This document shows, piece after piece, positions 10,189 to 18,352 of a DNA stretch of 52,603 bases. The stretch's first letter is position 1. Every line of letters starts with the position of its first letter. The notes under the pieces were generated by a model. It worked only from the letters and a program-made list of their open reading frames with translations, did no database searches and had not been told where the DNA came from. The stretch covers positions 1-52,603 of the forward strand of contig DASXQR010000208.1 in NCBI GenBank assembly GCA_036507075.1, given 5' to 3'. Both the position numbers and the translations under genes were made by a program. Origin of the DNA: Acidobacteriota bacterium (GTDB lineage: Bacteria > Acidobacteriota > UBA6911 > JACQSX01).

Positions 10189-10698
10189 ATGGCTCGTGCA
10201 GATAAAGCAGGAATGAAATCCATGGCCTCCGGAGCCGGACTTGGCCGAGGTGGTTACCAGCAAACGGAGACCCAAATCTTCGGGCGACAGCGGGCTCGCA
10301 GGGAAGGACCGAGGCGAGGTGATGTCGATCGCCTCGGCACCCAGGGAAAGAAGACCGCCGGCGTAAACAAAGTTGGAGGTCGCATCGATGCGGTCGCGGG
10401 TTCGCCGGCTGGAAATCTCTCGCAGCTTGCCGCCAGAAGTTCGGTCCGATCCGGCGCCGTAGCAACGACATTGAAGAAGTCACCAAAACGCGGCGTTCGT
10501 AAAGACATGTCCGATCTGGACCGGCAGGGCAACCCGGCGGGAAAACATGGCGAGCGTTTTGACAAGCGGGCGGTGAGGGGGCGACAGGGAGTCCGGCCGG
10601 GTGCCGGCGACGTGGGACGTCAAAAGGGCACTCCTGCTCCAGGCTCCGCCCAAAGCGACCGGCGCAAAACAAAGACAGGGTGGCAGGGAACGCAATAG
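10189..10698 (+). CDS. Hypothetical basic, Gly/Arg/Lys-rich hydrophilic protein
   Basis: 169-aa ORF with AAGGA RBS, co-oriented with the next gene; no recognisable family. Confidence 0.55.
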   Translation: MARADKAGMKSMASGAGLGRGGYQQTETQIFGRQRARREGPRRGDVDRLGTQGKKTAGVNKVGGRIDAVAGSPAGNLSQLAARSSVRSGAVATTLKKSPKRGVRKDMSDLDRQGNPAGKHGERFDKRAVRGRQGVRPGAGDVGRQKGTPAPGSAQSDRRKTKTGWQGTQ

Positions 10699-10761
10699 CG
10701 CCACCTGTCAGGGAACTGAACCGATGCTATCCTGAACTCAGGAGCCTTATCGGAGGAAGCT

Positions 10762-11532
10762 ATGCAAAGTATCGTTGGCATTTTCAGATCGCGAGTGAAT
10801 GCGGAACGTGCAGCCGAACGGCTGAAATCTCTTGGCATTCTCGAGCGCAACATTAACCTCCTGACACCCGGCAATGAAAACGACCTGCAACGGGTGCCAA
10901 TCGTCGAAGGCGAACAGCCCGGTATGGGAAAAGCCGTAGGTGCCGTGGTCGGAGGCGCATTGGGAGCGGCTACTGCCAGCCTGTTTCTCCCCGGAGTAGG
11001 GCCGGTTGTCGCCATCGGAACGGTTGCTGCAGCGCTTCTCGGCGCTGCCGTGGGAGCCGCCGGAGGGGCGGCGGCAGGAGCCGCTATGGAAGAGTCGCTG
11101 GCCCAGGGAATGCCTGTCGATGAAATGTTTATCTACGAAGATGCTCTGCGCCGTGGCCGGAGCATCGTAATTACGTTTGTCGAGGATGACAAACAGCACG
11201 AGCAGGCGACTGGAATCCTGTTAACTGAAGGAGCCGAAAGCCTGGACGCTGCGCGCGAGAGCTGGTGGGTGGGCCTGCGCGATGTCGAGAGCGAACACTA
11301 CCATGCTCACGGGCGTGATTTTACTGCCGATGAGATGAAGTACCGGCGCGGGTTTGAAGCAGCGCTCAGTCTGCCCAATCGCGGGCAGTCCTACGAGGAG
11401 AATGAGGAGCATCTGCGTCGCCGATATCCCGATCTGTGGCGCGATGAGGCATTTCGTTTCGGTTATAACCGGGGTGTTGAGTATCAGGATCGCGTGCGCG
11501 AACAGCACAGAAAGGAGACGATTCTTATTTAG
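10762..11532 (+). CDS. Hypothetical protein, general-stress/YflT-like with glycine-zipper segment
   Basis: GGAGG RBS; N-terminal IVGIF..R..AERA..L, long GA-rich hydrophobic zipper, YEDALRRG..IV. Confidence 0.75.
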   Translation: MQSIVGIFRSRVNAERAAERLKSLGILERNINLLTPGNENDLQRVPIVEGEQPGMGKAVGAVVGGALGAATASLFLPGVGPVVAIGTVAAALLGAAVGAAGGAAAGAAMEESLAQGMPVDEMFIYEDALRRGRSIVITFVEDDKQHEQATGILLTEGAESLDAARESWWVGLRDVESEHYHAHGRDFTADEMKYRRGFEAALSLPNRGQSYEENEEHLRRRYPDLWRDEAFRFGYNRGVEYQDRVREQHRKETILI

Positions 11533-11556
11533 TGGACCGAACGCCATCGCGATTCA

Positions 11557-13881
11557 TCATTCCTCCGTTGCGGGCGCGCGCCGGCGGGGAGGCTTCTTCC
11601 AGCCCCGAAATAAAATCCCGCCTGCCACAACCAGCATCGAGACTCCCGTCAGGCAGAGACCTGCAATCCAGCTCCAGGGACGGTACCGCAACTGCACCGT
11701 GGAATCTCCCGCAGCCACGGGCACGGCCATAAAAAGATAATTCGCATGCATCAGCGGTGACCGCTTTCCGTTGACCCAGGCCGACCATCCATCGGCGTAG
11801 CATTCCCGCACCAGCAGGAAGCCGGAACCGGCGGCGTTCACCTTGAACTTAATTTCGTTGGCAGTGTGTCCCAAAAGCTCGGCGCTGCCGCTGGCCAGAG
11901 GGTCTGACGGACTGTCAGTGGGGGCTTCCAGCAGCAGGGCATCGGCCGCGTCTCCGGATAGCAGCGACTGCAGGGCTTTGGGGGGGCCCACTTGCTTTAT
12001 TTTGGCAACGAACGCGCTATGCCCGGTCTTGTCCGAGAGCTGGTATAGAAATCCTGCGTACTCGACGCCGCCGGCGAGCTTTGCGCCGGGAATGGGAACG
12101 GGCGAGACCAGATATTCGACTCCGCAGTTTCTCAATGCTTGCAGCGTCACGCTGTCCGTTTGGAAGATTGTGTGCTGCGGATCCGCGACCCTTCCCGTCA
12201 GTTTGTTAAAGAAGGCCTGGGTTCGCGACAGCACGACAGGTTCATAGCCGCGTAAATCACGCAGGCGGTAGGTGACGGCCATTTCCGGAAGGAGTGTGCC
12301 CACGCCGATTCCGGCAATGCGTGCTTCTCCTGGAACCGTCGATAACAGCGCCGGCCGGCGCAAATACTCAGCGCTTTTGGCGGGATTAAAGTAAAACCCG
12401 AACAGGAATCCGAACACGGGCAGCAGGATTGCCAGGACCTGCGGAGTCCAGGCGGGACGCAGTTGCGTCGACGCGAAGATGAACAAAGCGGCCAGCGATG
12501 CCAGCGCGTACCAGGGAACGCGCGAATTGAATTTGAGAAAGCTGAAGTTCTTGTACAGGTACCATTGCCACAGGAGCAATCCCGCCATTACCAGGATGAA
12601 TAATTGAGGCAGGATACGCAGTCGCCGCTGAGATTCGCTCCACCTTTCCAGCCCCAGAGCGGAGAAGGCAATCAGGAAGAATTGAAAAAGCTGGATCACA
12701 TGCATGTGGTTTCCCTGCCTGAGCACGGGAAGTGACGTAAACCAGTCAAAGACCGGCCAGACCCCGAAGGGAATAAGAAAACTCAGCAGCAGGCAAAAAC
12801 CGAGCGCGGGAACCCGGTCGTTGGAAGCCGCCAGACCGTAGCAGGCGAGCAACAGCGGCACCACGCCGATGAAAATGAATTGCTCCATCTGGGCAACGTT
12901 CGCATGTTCGGGATGGTAAACGGGAGAGCCGTGAAAGTAGGGGATTACCAGGGCGGGCAGACTTTTCCACGAAATGTGAAAGGGGTTGACCGATTGTGTT
13001 CGTTCGGCCCAGGTTGAGCTCTCGCGCAAGTAAGAGGCAAACGGCACCCAAACGGCCGATGCAAGCAGCGCGCCCCACGCTGTATGCAACAGGTACGGGA
13101 CCAACGACGTTCGAATCGTCACCGGCGGTCCGTGCATGTATCGCGGGCCCGCGCTCACCACCCGTATGGCCGTATAGATGCCCAGGAACAGCAGAACGCC
13201 CACGGCGCTTTCGATGTGTCCTGCAGCCAGCAGCAGCGCCGCCAGCACGGAGTAAACCCAACGCCGCCGCACATCGCCGCCAAAGAAAGCCCTTTCGGAA
13301 ATCCACCAGACCCAGGGAATGAGCATACTGACGTAGCTGTTTGGGAAGCCGAGGAAATAGACGTTATATCCGCCAAGGCAGTATGCGACTGCGGCGCACC
13401 AGCCCGAAAGCGGCCGAACGCCCAGTGCATCCCTGGCGAAGAGATACGTCCCCAGGCCCGCCAAAAGAATTTTCAAAAATGCGCTCCATTCGAAGAACAT
13501 CGCGGGCGGAACCACCAGCACCAACCAACTGACAGGAAAAAGCACGGCAGAAACGTTGTTGGCAAGAAATGGTGTGCCTCCCAGAGCATACGGATTCCAG
13601 AGAGGGAAGCACCCGCTGCGGACCTGGTCTCGAAAAAACCAGAGGTAAGGATAAGACTGCTGCACCATGTCGGACAGATTTGCATTGTGGGACACTACTT
13701 TTCGCGCGCCGCTCCAGGGAGAGTAAGAAAGGAGCAGATCGGTTGGAAGCAGAACTCTGCTGGTCAGGAGCGCCAGCGCCAAAAAAAGCGCCGCCATCAC
13801 GGCCAGCGCACCCGCCGCAACGGCCACCTCGTACCCGGGCCGCGCGCCGGCAGTCGAAGGCAACTGTTTCGGAGAAGACAT
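11557..13881 (-). CDS. YfhO-family polytopic membrane protein (probable GT-C glycosyltransferase)
   Basis: FPLWNPYALGGTPFLAN near the N-terminus, many TM helices, C-terminal GWSAWVNG...ANYLFMAVPV.AG...VQLRYRP. Confidence 0.88.
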   Translation of the reverse strand: MSSPKQLPSTAGARPGYEVAVAAGALAVMAALFLALALLTSRVLLPTDLLLSYSPWSGARKVVSHNANLSDMVQQSYPYLWFFRDQVRSGCFPLWNPYALGGTPFLANNVSAVLFPVSWLVLVVPPAMFFEWSAFLKILLAGLGTYLFARDALGVRPLSGWCAAVAYCLGGYNVYFLGFPNSYVSMLIPWVWWISERAFFGGDVRRRWVYSVLAALLLAAGHIESAVGVLLFLGIYTAIRVVSAGPRYMHGPPVTIRTSLVPYLLHTAWGALLASAVWVPFASYLRESSTWAERTQSVNPFHISWKSLPALVIPYFHGSPVYHPEHANVAQMEQFIFIGVVPLLLACYGLAASNDRVPALGFCLLLSFLIPFGVWPVFDWFTSLPVLRQGNHMHVIQLFQFFLIAFSALGLERWSESQRRLRILPQLFILVMAGLLLWQWYLYKNFSFLKFNSRVPWYALASLAALFIFASTQLRPAWTPQVLAILLPVFGFLFGFYFNPAKSAEYLRRPALLSTVPGEARIAGIGVGTLLPEMAVTYRLRDLRGYEPVVLSRTQAFFNKLTGRVADPQHTIFQTDSVTLQALRNCGVEYLVSPVPIPGAKLAGGVEYAGFLYQLSDKTGHSAFVAKIKQVGPPKALQSLLSGDAADALLLEAPTDSPSDPLASGSAELLGHTANEIKFKVNAAGSGFLLVRECYADGWSAWVNGKRSPLMHANYLFMAVPVAAGDSTVQLRYRPWSWIAGLCLTGVSMLVVAGGILFRGWKKPPRRRAPATEE

Positions 13882-14017
13882 CCGGAGAATTTCACCACAA
13901 AGCCACAAAGATCACCAAGAACCAACCTCCAGGCAGGCGCACCTCTTTTTCCCAGCATCAGTCTGGGAAAAAGCCTGTACCACTAACTGCGAGAATTGAC
14001 TCGCGAAGAAAAACTTT

Positions 14018-14238
14018 TTCCTTATAGAGCCGCGCAGCGGCGGGAGAATTGTAGCCCCGGCCGGAGCGAAGCGGAGGCCGGGGTTGGCTCATTATTAAAA
14101 CACCAGCCCCGCAGGGGCGACAGAGGGTGTGACCACGGTCTGTCGCCCCTTCCGGGGCTAGCGCAATTGAGGCCGGGCTGGCCGCCCGGTTAACCCGGGC
14201 TACAAATTCTGGCCGCCGCTGCGCGGCTCTATAAGGAA
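14018..14238. mobile_element. 221-bp non-coding element with long terminal inverted repeats (REP/REPIN- or MITE-like)
   Basis: 26-bp perfect inverted repeat (14018-14043 / 14213-14238) extending imperfectly inward, plus an internal hairpin AGCCCC.CAGGGGCGACAGA ... TCTGTCGCCCCT.CCGGGGCT. Confidence 0.7.
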
Positions 14239-14326
14239 TTTGTCTTTTTCTTTTGATGTGATTTCCGCTCTGTAACACTCTGTAACCTCTTGGCGATTTC
14301 TTGTTTTTTAGCGAGATTCTTTAACG

Positions 14327-14368
14327 AATGACCAATGACGAATGACTAATGACCAATGACCAATGACG
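14327..14368 (+). repeat. Tandem heptamer (AATGACn)x6
   Basis: aatgacc aatgacg aatgact aatgacc aatgacc aatgacg. Confidence 0.95.
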
Positions 14369-14576
14369 CGTTTGGTGGCGGCCTACGGCCGGGCTGTGCC
14401 TCTGTGGTGGAGTCCTTTCTTGATAGCGGCACAAAAGCCCACTACTCTCAGGCTTGCTCCTTTCCCGGCTCGCCCCGATAATGTTCTCCAGGAGACTCCA
14501 GGTTTCAAACCAAACCCTTCGAATCCAGGACGTAGCGGGGTTAACTTCGATTTACTTGACAAGAAAGGACGATTTC

Positions 14577-15104
14577 ATGAGATTGCTTCAGGGCCTGTTA
14601 ACGCTGGCAATGGCGGCATGCGGAACTGCAGCTTGTTACCAGATATTTACGGCTGCCTTGGCGCAGCAACCTCCGGCCACGGTGCCCCAACCAAATGCGA
14701 CCACGCCGGCCCAGCTATCACCCACCCAGGAGATCAACAATCGTTTTGTGCAGCAGTTCACGGAACAAATTGCAGGCCGGGAGAATGAGCCAGCCGTGCG
14801 CGTTTTCAAAAACATACAATTCGAGTTGTTTAAGAGTGTGCCGGCAGGACGACTGCTTCGTATCATGAACGGCGGCTACAGCCGTGCGCTTGGCGTGAGC
14901 TGCACTCATTGTCACGTCGAACAAGACTTTTCGAGTGACGAAAAGCGGCCTAAGCGCGCCGCGCGTGAGATGGCCGGCATGCATAGGATGATCAATGAGC
15001 AACTCGGGAAGATGCAGAATCTGGAAACGAAGCCCCAGGAGCGCGCGATCAATTGCTCCACATGTCACCGCGGCGCAATTAATCCGATGGCTCCTCAGCG
15101 GTAA
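14577..15104 (+). CDS. Exported di-heme c-type cytochrome (reaction-centre cytochrome c-like family)
   Basis: Signal peptide; two CxxCH motifs (CTHCH, CSTCH); VFKNIQ and M..Y..ALGV.C motifs; AAGGA RBS. Confidence 0.85.
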   Translation: MRLLQGLLTLAMAACGTAACYQIFTAALAQQPPATVPQPNATTPAQLSPTQEINNRFVQQFTEQIAGRENEPAVRVFKNIQFELFKSVPAGRLLRIMNGGYSRALGVSCTHCHVEQDFSSDEKRPKRAAREMAGMHRMINEQLGKMQNLETKPQERAINCSTCHRGAINPMAPQR

Positions 15105-15109
15105 CGTTT

Positions 15110-15487
15110 GCAGTCTAGATCGTCGTTCATGATTTAGAACTACCGTTGCCTGAACCCGGATCCTTCGATGCCATCGTATCCAGCTTTGCGATTCATCACC
15201 TCCCGGATGGAAGGAAGCGCGAACTCTATGAAGAGGTTTGGGCGGCGCTGCAACCTGGTGGTGTCTTCTGCAACCTTGAGCACGTAGCCTCGCCCACACA
15301 GCACCTCCACGAACGTTTTCTGGCGGCACTTGAAGCGACCGCAGACGAGGAGGATCCATCCAACAAGCTGCTGGATGTGGAGACACAGTTGCGATGGTTA
15401 TGAGAAATCGGCTTCGATGACGTCGATTGTCATTGGAAGTGGCGCGAACTTGCATTGCTCGCCGGCTGGAAATTTCCGACCCGCTAA
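15110..15487 (+). pseudogene. 5'-truncated class I SAM-dependent methyltransferase with two in-frame stops
   Basis: One frame reads AV*IVVHDLELPLPEPGSFDAIVSSFAIHHL...LQPGGVFCNLEH...[26 protein letters not shown]. TAG at 15116, TGA at 15401; the SAM-binding motif I region is missing. Confidence 0.8.
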
Positions 15488-15488
15488 G

Positions 15489-15512
15489 CGTTCTTGGTGC
15501 TCTTGGCGGTTC
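15489..15512. repeat. Solo right arm of the 9-mer-array family
   Basis: CGTTCTTGGTGCTCTTGGCGGTTC, matching the right arms ending at 2495, 7769 and 37497; no left arm nearby. Confidence 0.7.
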
Positions 15513-15542
15513 AAATTTTTCTCAAAGGCTAAGGAGGACGTC

Positions 15543-16034
15543 ATGCGAAGATCGGTTACTCGAGTCGGCGCCACGATAGGAGCGCTGTTTGTGATCCTGG
15601 CGGTAGTGGTTCAGGCCAAAGAAGAAAAGGTGGGGTTGGCCAAGGTTCCCAAACCGGTCATGGAGGCTGTCAAGGTGCGGTTCAAGGACGCCCACGCAAC
15701 CGGCGCAAGCAAGGAGACCGAGGAGGGAAAGCTTGTCTATGAAGTGACCATCAAGCATGGCGGGCAGAATATCGACGTCACCCTGACCCCGGAAGGCCAG
15801 GTTCTCTTAATCGAAAAAGAGATCACTGCCCGGGACTTACCCAGGGCAGCAGCCAAAGTACTGGAGGACAAGTATCCCAGAGCGACTTACAAGATCGTCG
15901 AAGAGATCATCAAGGTAGAAAAGAAGCATGAGAGGCTGGCGTACTACGAAGTTCTGCTCGCGACAACCAAAAAGAAGACGCTGGAGGTGGAGGTGACGGC
16001 GGAGGGCAAGATCGTCAAGGAGGAGAAGAAATGA
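15543..16034 (+). CDS. Exported PepSY-like / BLIP-like repeat protein
   Basis: AAGGAGG RBS, signal peptide, two repeats of P..V.....YP/F.A......YEV.....dV..T.EG.....E. Confidence 0.8.
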   Translation: MRRSVTRVGATIGALFVILAVVVQAKEEKVGLAKVPKPVMEAVKVRFKDAHATGASKETEEGKLVYEVTIKHGGQNIDVTLTPEGQVLLIEKEITARDLPRAAAKVLEDKYPRATYKIVEEIIKVEKKHERLAYYEVLLATTKKKTLEVEVTAEGKIVKEEKK

Positions 16035-16123
16035 TCAGATTCAGATGAGGACGACAAGCAGTATCCTGGCGTGACACTCGATAAAATGATGCGTGCGGGC
16101 CTTGCTTCAGCTGCTCAGCCACA

Positions 16124-16450
16124 TTATTCCCTCGCCTCGATTACTGCCAGCACTTTGGCTATCCTTGAAGTCAACACGCCATAAGGCCGTTCGCCGTAAT
16201 CGTCGCTGCATTTGTCGTCAGCTTCCTCCAAAGCCGTGAGTGCTTCCCGCAGCGCCTCAAACATTTCCGGTGCTGCCGCGATCAGGCGTGCATTGGCGTA
16301 CTGTTGGTGTTCCTGTGTTGCCTCGACTAGAGAAACCACCGCGATCCAGTGACCTTCCAGTGTCTCTATTCCTGCAAATGCGAGTCTTTTGTGCCGCTCG
16401 TCAATGCACACCCGCCACGGCCCCGGCGTAAACCCAATTCTCTCGCTCAT
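16124..16450 (-). CDS. Phage-type hypothetical protein
   Basis: FTPGPW...ANARLIAAAPEMFEAL signature typical of small phage proteins; GAGGGGAG RBS. Confidence 0.75.
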   Translation of the reverse strand: MSERIGFTPGPWRVCIDERHKRLAFAGIETLEGHWIAVVSLVEATQEHQQYANARLIAAAPEMFEALREALTALEEADDKCSDDYGERPYGVLTSRIAKVLAVIEARE

Positions 16451-17011
16451 TGGGTGTCTCCCCTCTACGCAGGCCGAAATAGTCTGAATGTGTTGAGCGC
16501 TGGTTTGACCGCTGGATCTTTAACGTTCTTCACGGTTCGCTGTGACTTGAGCGCACACCAGCACGCATTCAGCATCGATTTTCCCGTCTTTACATCCCCG
16601 TGCGATTGCCGCGAACTCAACTGACCAGGAAGCGACTAACAGGCGTCAAACGGCAGTACTCCTGCACCTGCCAGAAGGCTTGGCACACTCAGCCTCTTTA
16701 AGGGAAATTAATGTGTTTGTTTGTAAACTGTGATGTCGTTACGCAAGATCCATGCCCGACATCCAACATGCTTGTTATGAGCTAAGAATTCCATCACGGA
16801 GGCCGTAAATCCGAGGGTGGGAGTGGGTGTCTCTAATTCAGCGAAGAAGGTTCGAGAACTTTAGCTATACAGCGGAGCGTCAAAAAAATGCCGACTAGTC
16901 ACAAAATATTGTCGGATGCGGTGAACATAATGTACCCTTCTCCATCCGTTCCGATCTGGGCACCACACCGTTACGCACCCGGCTCCGACATGGGCAGAAG
17001 CGGCGCAAGCT

Positions 17012-18091
17012 TCAGGCAATTTTTCGAAACTGAGAATAGGTGGCGTCCCGCTGAGCGGGGGTGAATCCGGCGCTGCGGATCACTTCGATCAGTTTTTCGC
17101 GGTTCGCTTGATGGCGTGCTCCGGCTGCGCTGATCACGTTTTCTTCAATCATCACGCTGCCAATGTCGTTTGCGCCATAGCGCAGGCCGATCTTCCCCCA
17201 TTCCAATCCTTGCGTCAGCCAGGAAACCTGCAGGTTACGGAAATTGTCAAGGAAGAGCCGCGACACGGCCAGAAGCTTTAGATATTCTACCGGTTGGAAG
17301 CTCTCCTTGATGACCGCTCCCATTTCGGTCTCCTCCAACTGCACGTTCCAGGGGATAAACGAGACAAATCCGCCGGTCTCGTCCTGCAGTTCGCGCAGTC
17401 GGCGCAAATGTTCCACTCTCTCTTCGACCGTTTCACCGCCTCCGACCATCATGGTGGCGGTTGTTTTGATTCGCAGGGAATGCGCGTCCCGCATCACTTT
17501 CAGCCACTCTTCCGCCGTGCATTTCCCGGGACTGATTTCCCGGCGCATCCGCTCCACCAGTATCTCCGCGCCGCCGCCCGGCAGGGAAGTGAGCCCTGCG
17601 GCTTTTAGCCTCTGCAGCGCCTCCTTGAACGTCAGATGCGACAGCCGGGAGAGAACAACGATTTCAGGCGGCGAAAAACAGTGCAACTGGATCGAGTAGC
17701 GCTCGCGAATTGACCGGAGGAGATCCTCGTAGTAATCGATCTTGAGATGGGGATGCATCCCGCCCTGCATCAGGATCCCGGTGCCGCCGAGCGCGATGGT
17801 CTCGTCGATCTTCTTGAAGATTACTTCCTTGTCGAGCAGATAAGATTCCTCGTCGCCCAGCTTCCGATAAAAATTACAAAAGGTGCATCGCGCCACACAG
17901 ACATTGGTGTAGTTGACATTGCGGTCGATGATGAAGGAAACAACATCGTCCGGATGCCACCGCCGGCGCATCTGATCGGCCGCGGCGCCGATCTCCTCGA
18001 CGGCATCGCTGTTCAGCAGAGCCACGGCATCGCTCGGCTCCAGGCGGTCGCCTGCAAGAACTCTGGTCAGGATCGAGCTTATTTCCGACAT
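17012..18091 (-). CDS. mqnC: Cyclic dehypoxanthinyl futalosine synthase (radical SAM, futalosine menaquinone pathway)
   Basis: FIIDRNVNYTNVCVARCTFC (CxxxCxxC), ILMQGG.HP, PGGGAEIL, GANDIGSVMIEENV. Confidence 0.88.
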   Translation of the reverse strand: MSEISSILTRVLAGDRLEPSDAVALLNSDAVEEIGAAADQMRRRWHPDDVVSFIIDRNVNYTNVCVARCTFCNFYRKLGDEESYLLDKEVIFKKIDETIALGGTGILMQGGMHPHLKIDYYEDLLRSIRERYSIQLHCFSPPEIVVLSRLSHLTFKEALQRLKAAGLTSLPGGGAEILVERMRREISPGKCTAEEWLKVMRDAHSLRIKTTATMMVGGGETVEERVEHLRRLRELQDETGGFVSFIPWNVQLEETEMGAVIKESFQPVEYLKLLAVSRLFLDNFRNLQVSWLTQGLEWGKIGLRYGANDIGSVMIEENVISAAGARHQANREKLIEVIRSAGFTPAQRDATYSQFRKIA

Positions 18092-18093
18092 GT

Positions 18094-18273
18094 CTACTTT
18101 GACCGGTCGCCCTGCCGGCTCAGAATCATCATAGCGCCGGCAACCAGCAGTATTCCTCCCACGACGTGGAAGAGCGGCAGATATGCGCGATAATCGAAGA
18201 CTCGTTTCGCGAGAATCCCAGCCACGATGCAAGCCGCCCCCAGAATTAGAATCAACCAACCCCACGTTTTCAT
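18094..18273 (-). CDS. Small two-TM membrane protein
   Basis: 59 aa, two hydrophobic helices, ends 2 bp before the mqnC start. Confidence 0.65.
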   Translation of the reverse strand: MKTWGWLILILGAACIVAGILAKRVFDYRAYLPLFHVVGGILLVAGAMMILSRQGDRSK

Positions 18274-18300
18274 GTTAGCTCTTCTGGAAGATGCGAATTT

Positions 18301-18342
18301 TTCACCACAGGGACACAGGGGACACAGTGTCCCTGTGGTGAA
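18301..18342. repeat. Short hairpin of the CACCACAG family
   Basis: 16-bp perfect inverted repeat TTCACCACAGGGACAC / GTGTCCCTGTGGTGAA. Confidence 0.85.
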
Positions 18343-18352
18343 TTTCCACGTG

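Noticed and set aside
14577..15104. Evidence of phototrophy (PufC-like cytochrome)
   Set aside because: It has only two heme motifs, is short, and no reaction-centre or bacteriochlorophyll genes lie nearby.
15401..15403. Selenocysteine or read-through TGA
   Set aside because: The position fits Arg (CGA to TGA), a second stop lies upstream, and the gene is 5'-truncated.
16460..17010. tRNA or structured RNA gene at a possible integration site
   Set aside because: No cloverleaf, T-loop or recognisable riboswitch motif was seen by eye; a covariance-model search would be needed to exclude one.
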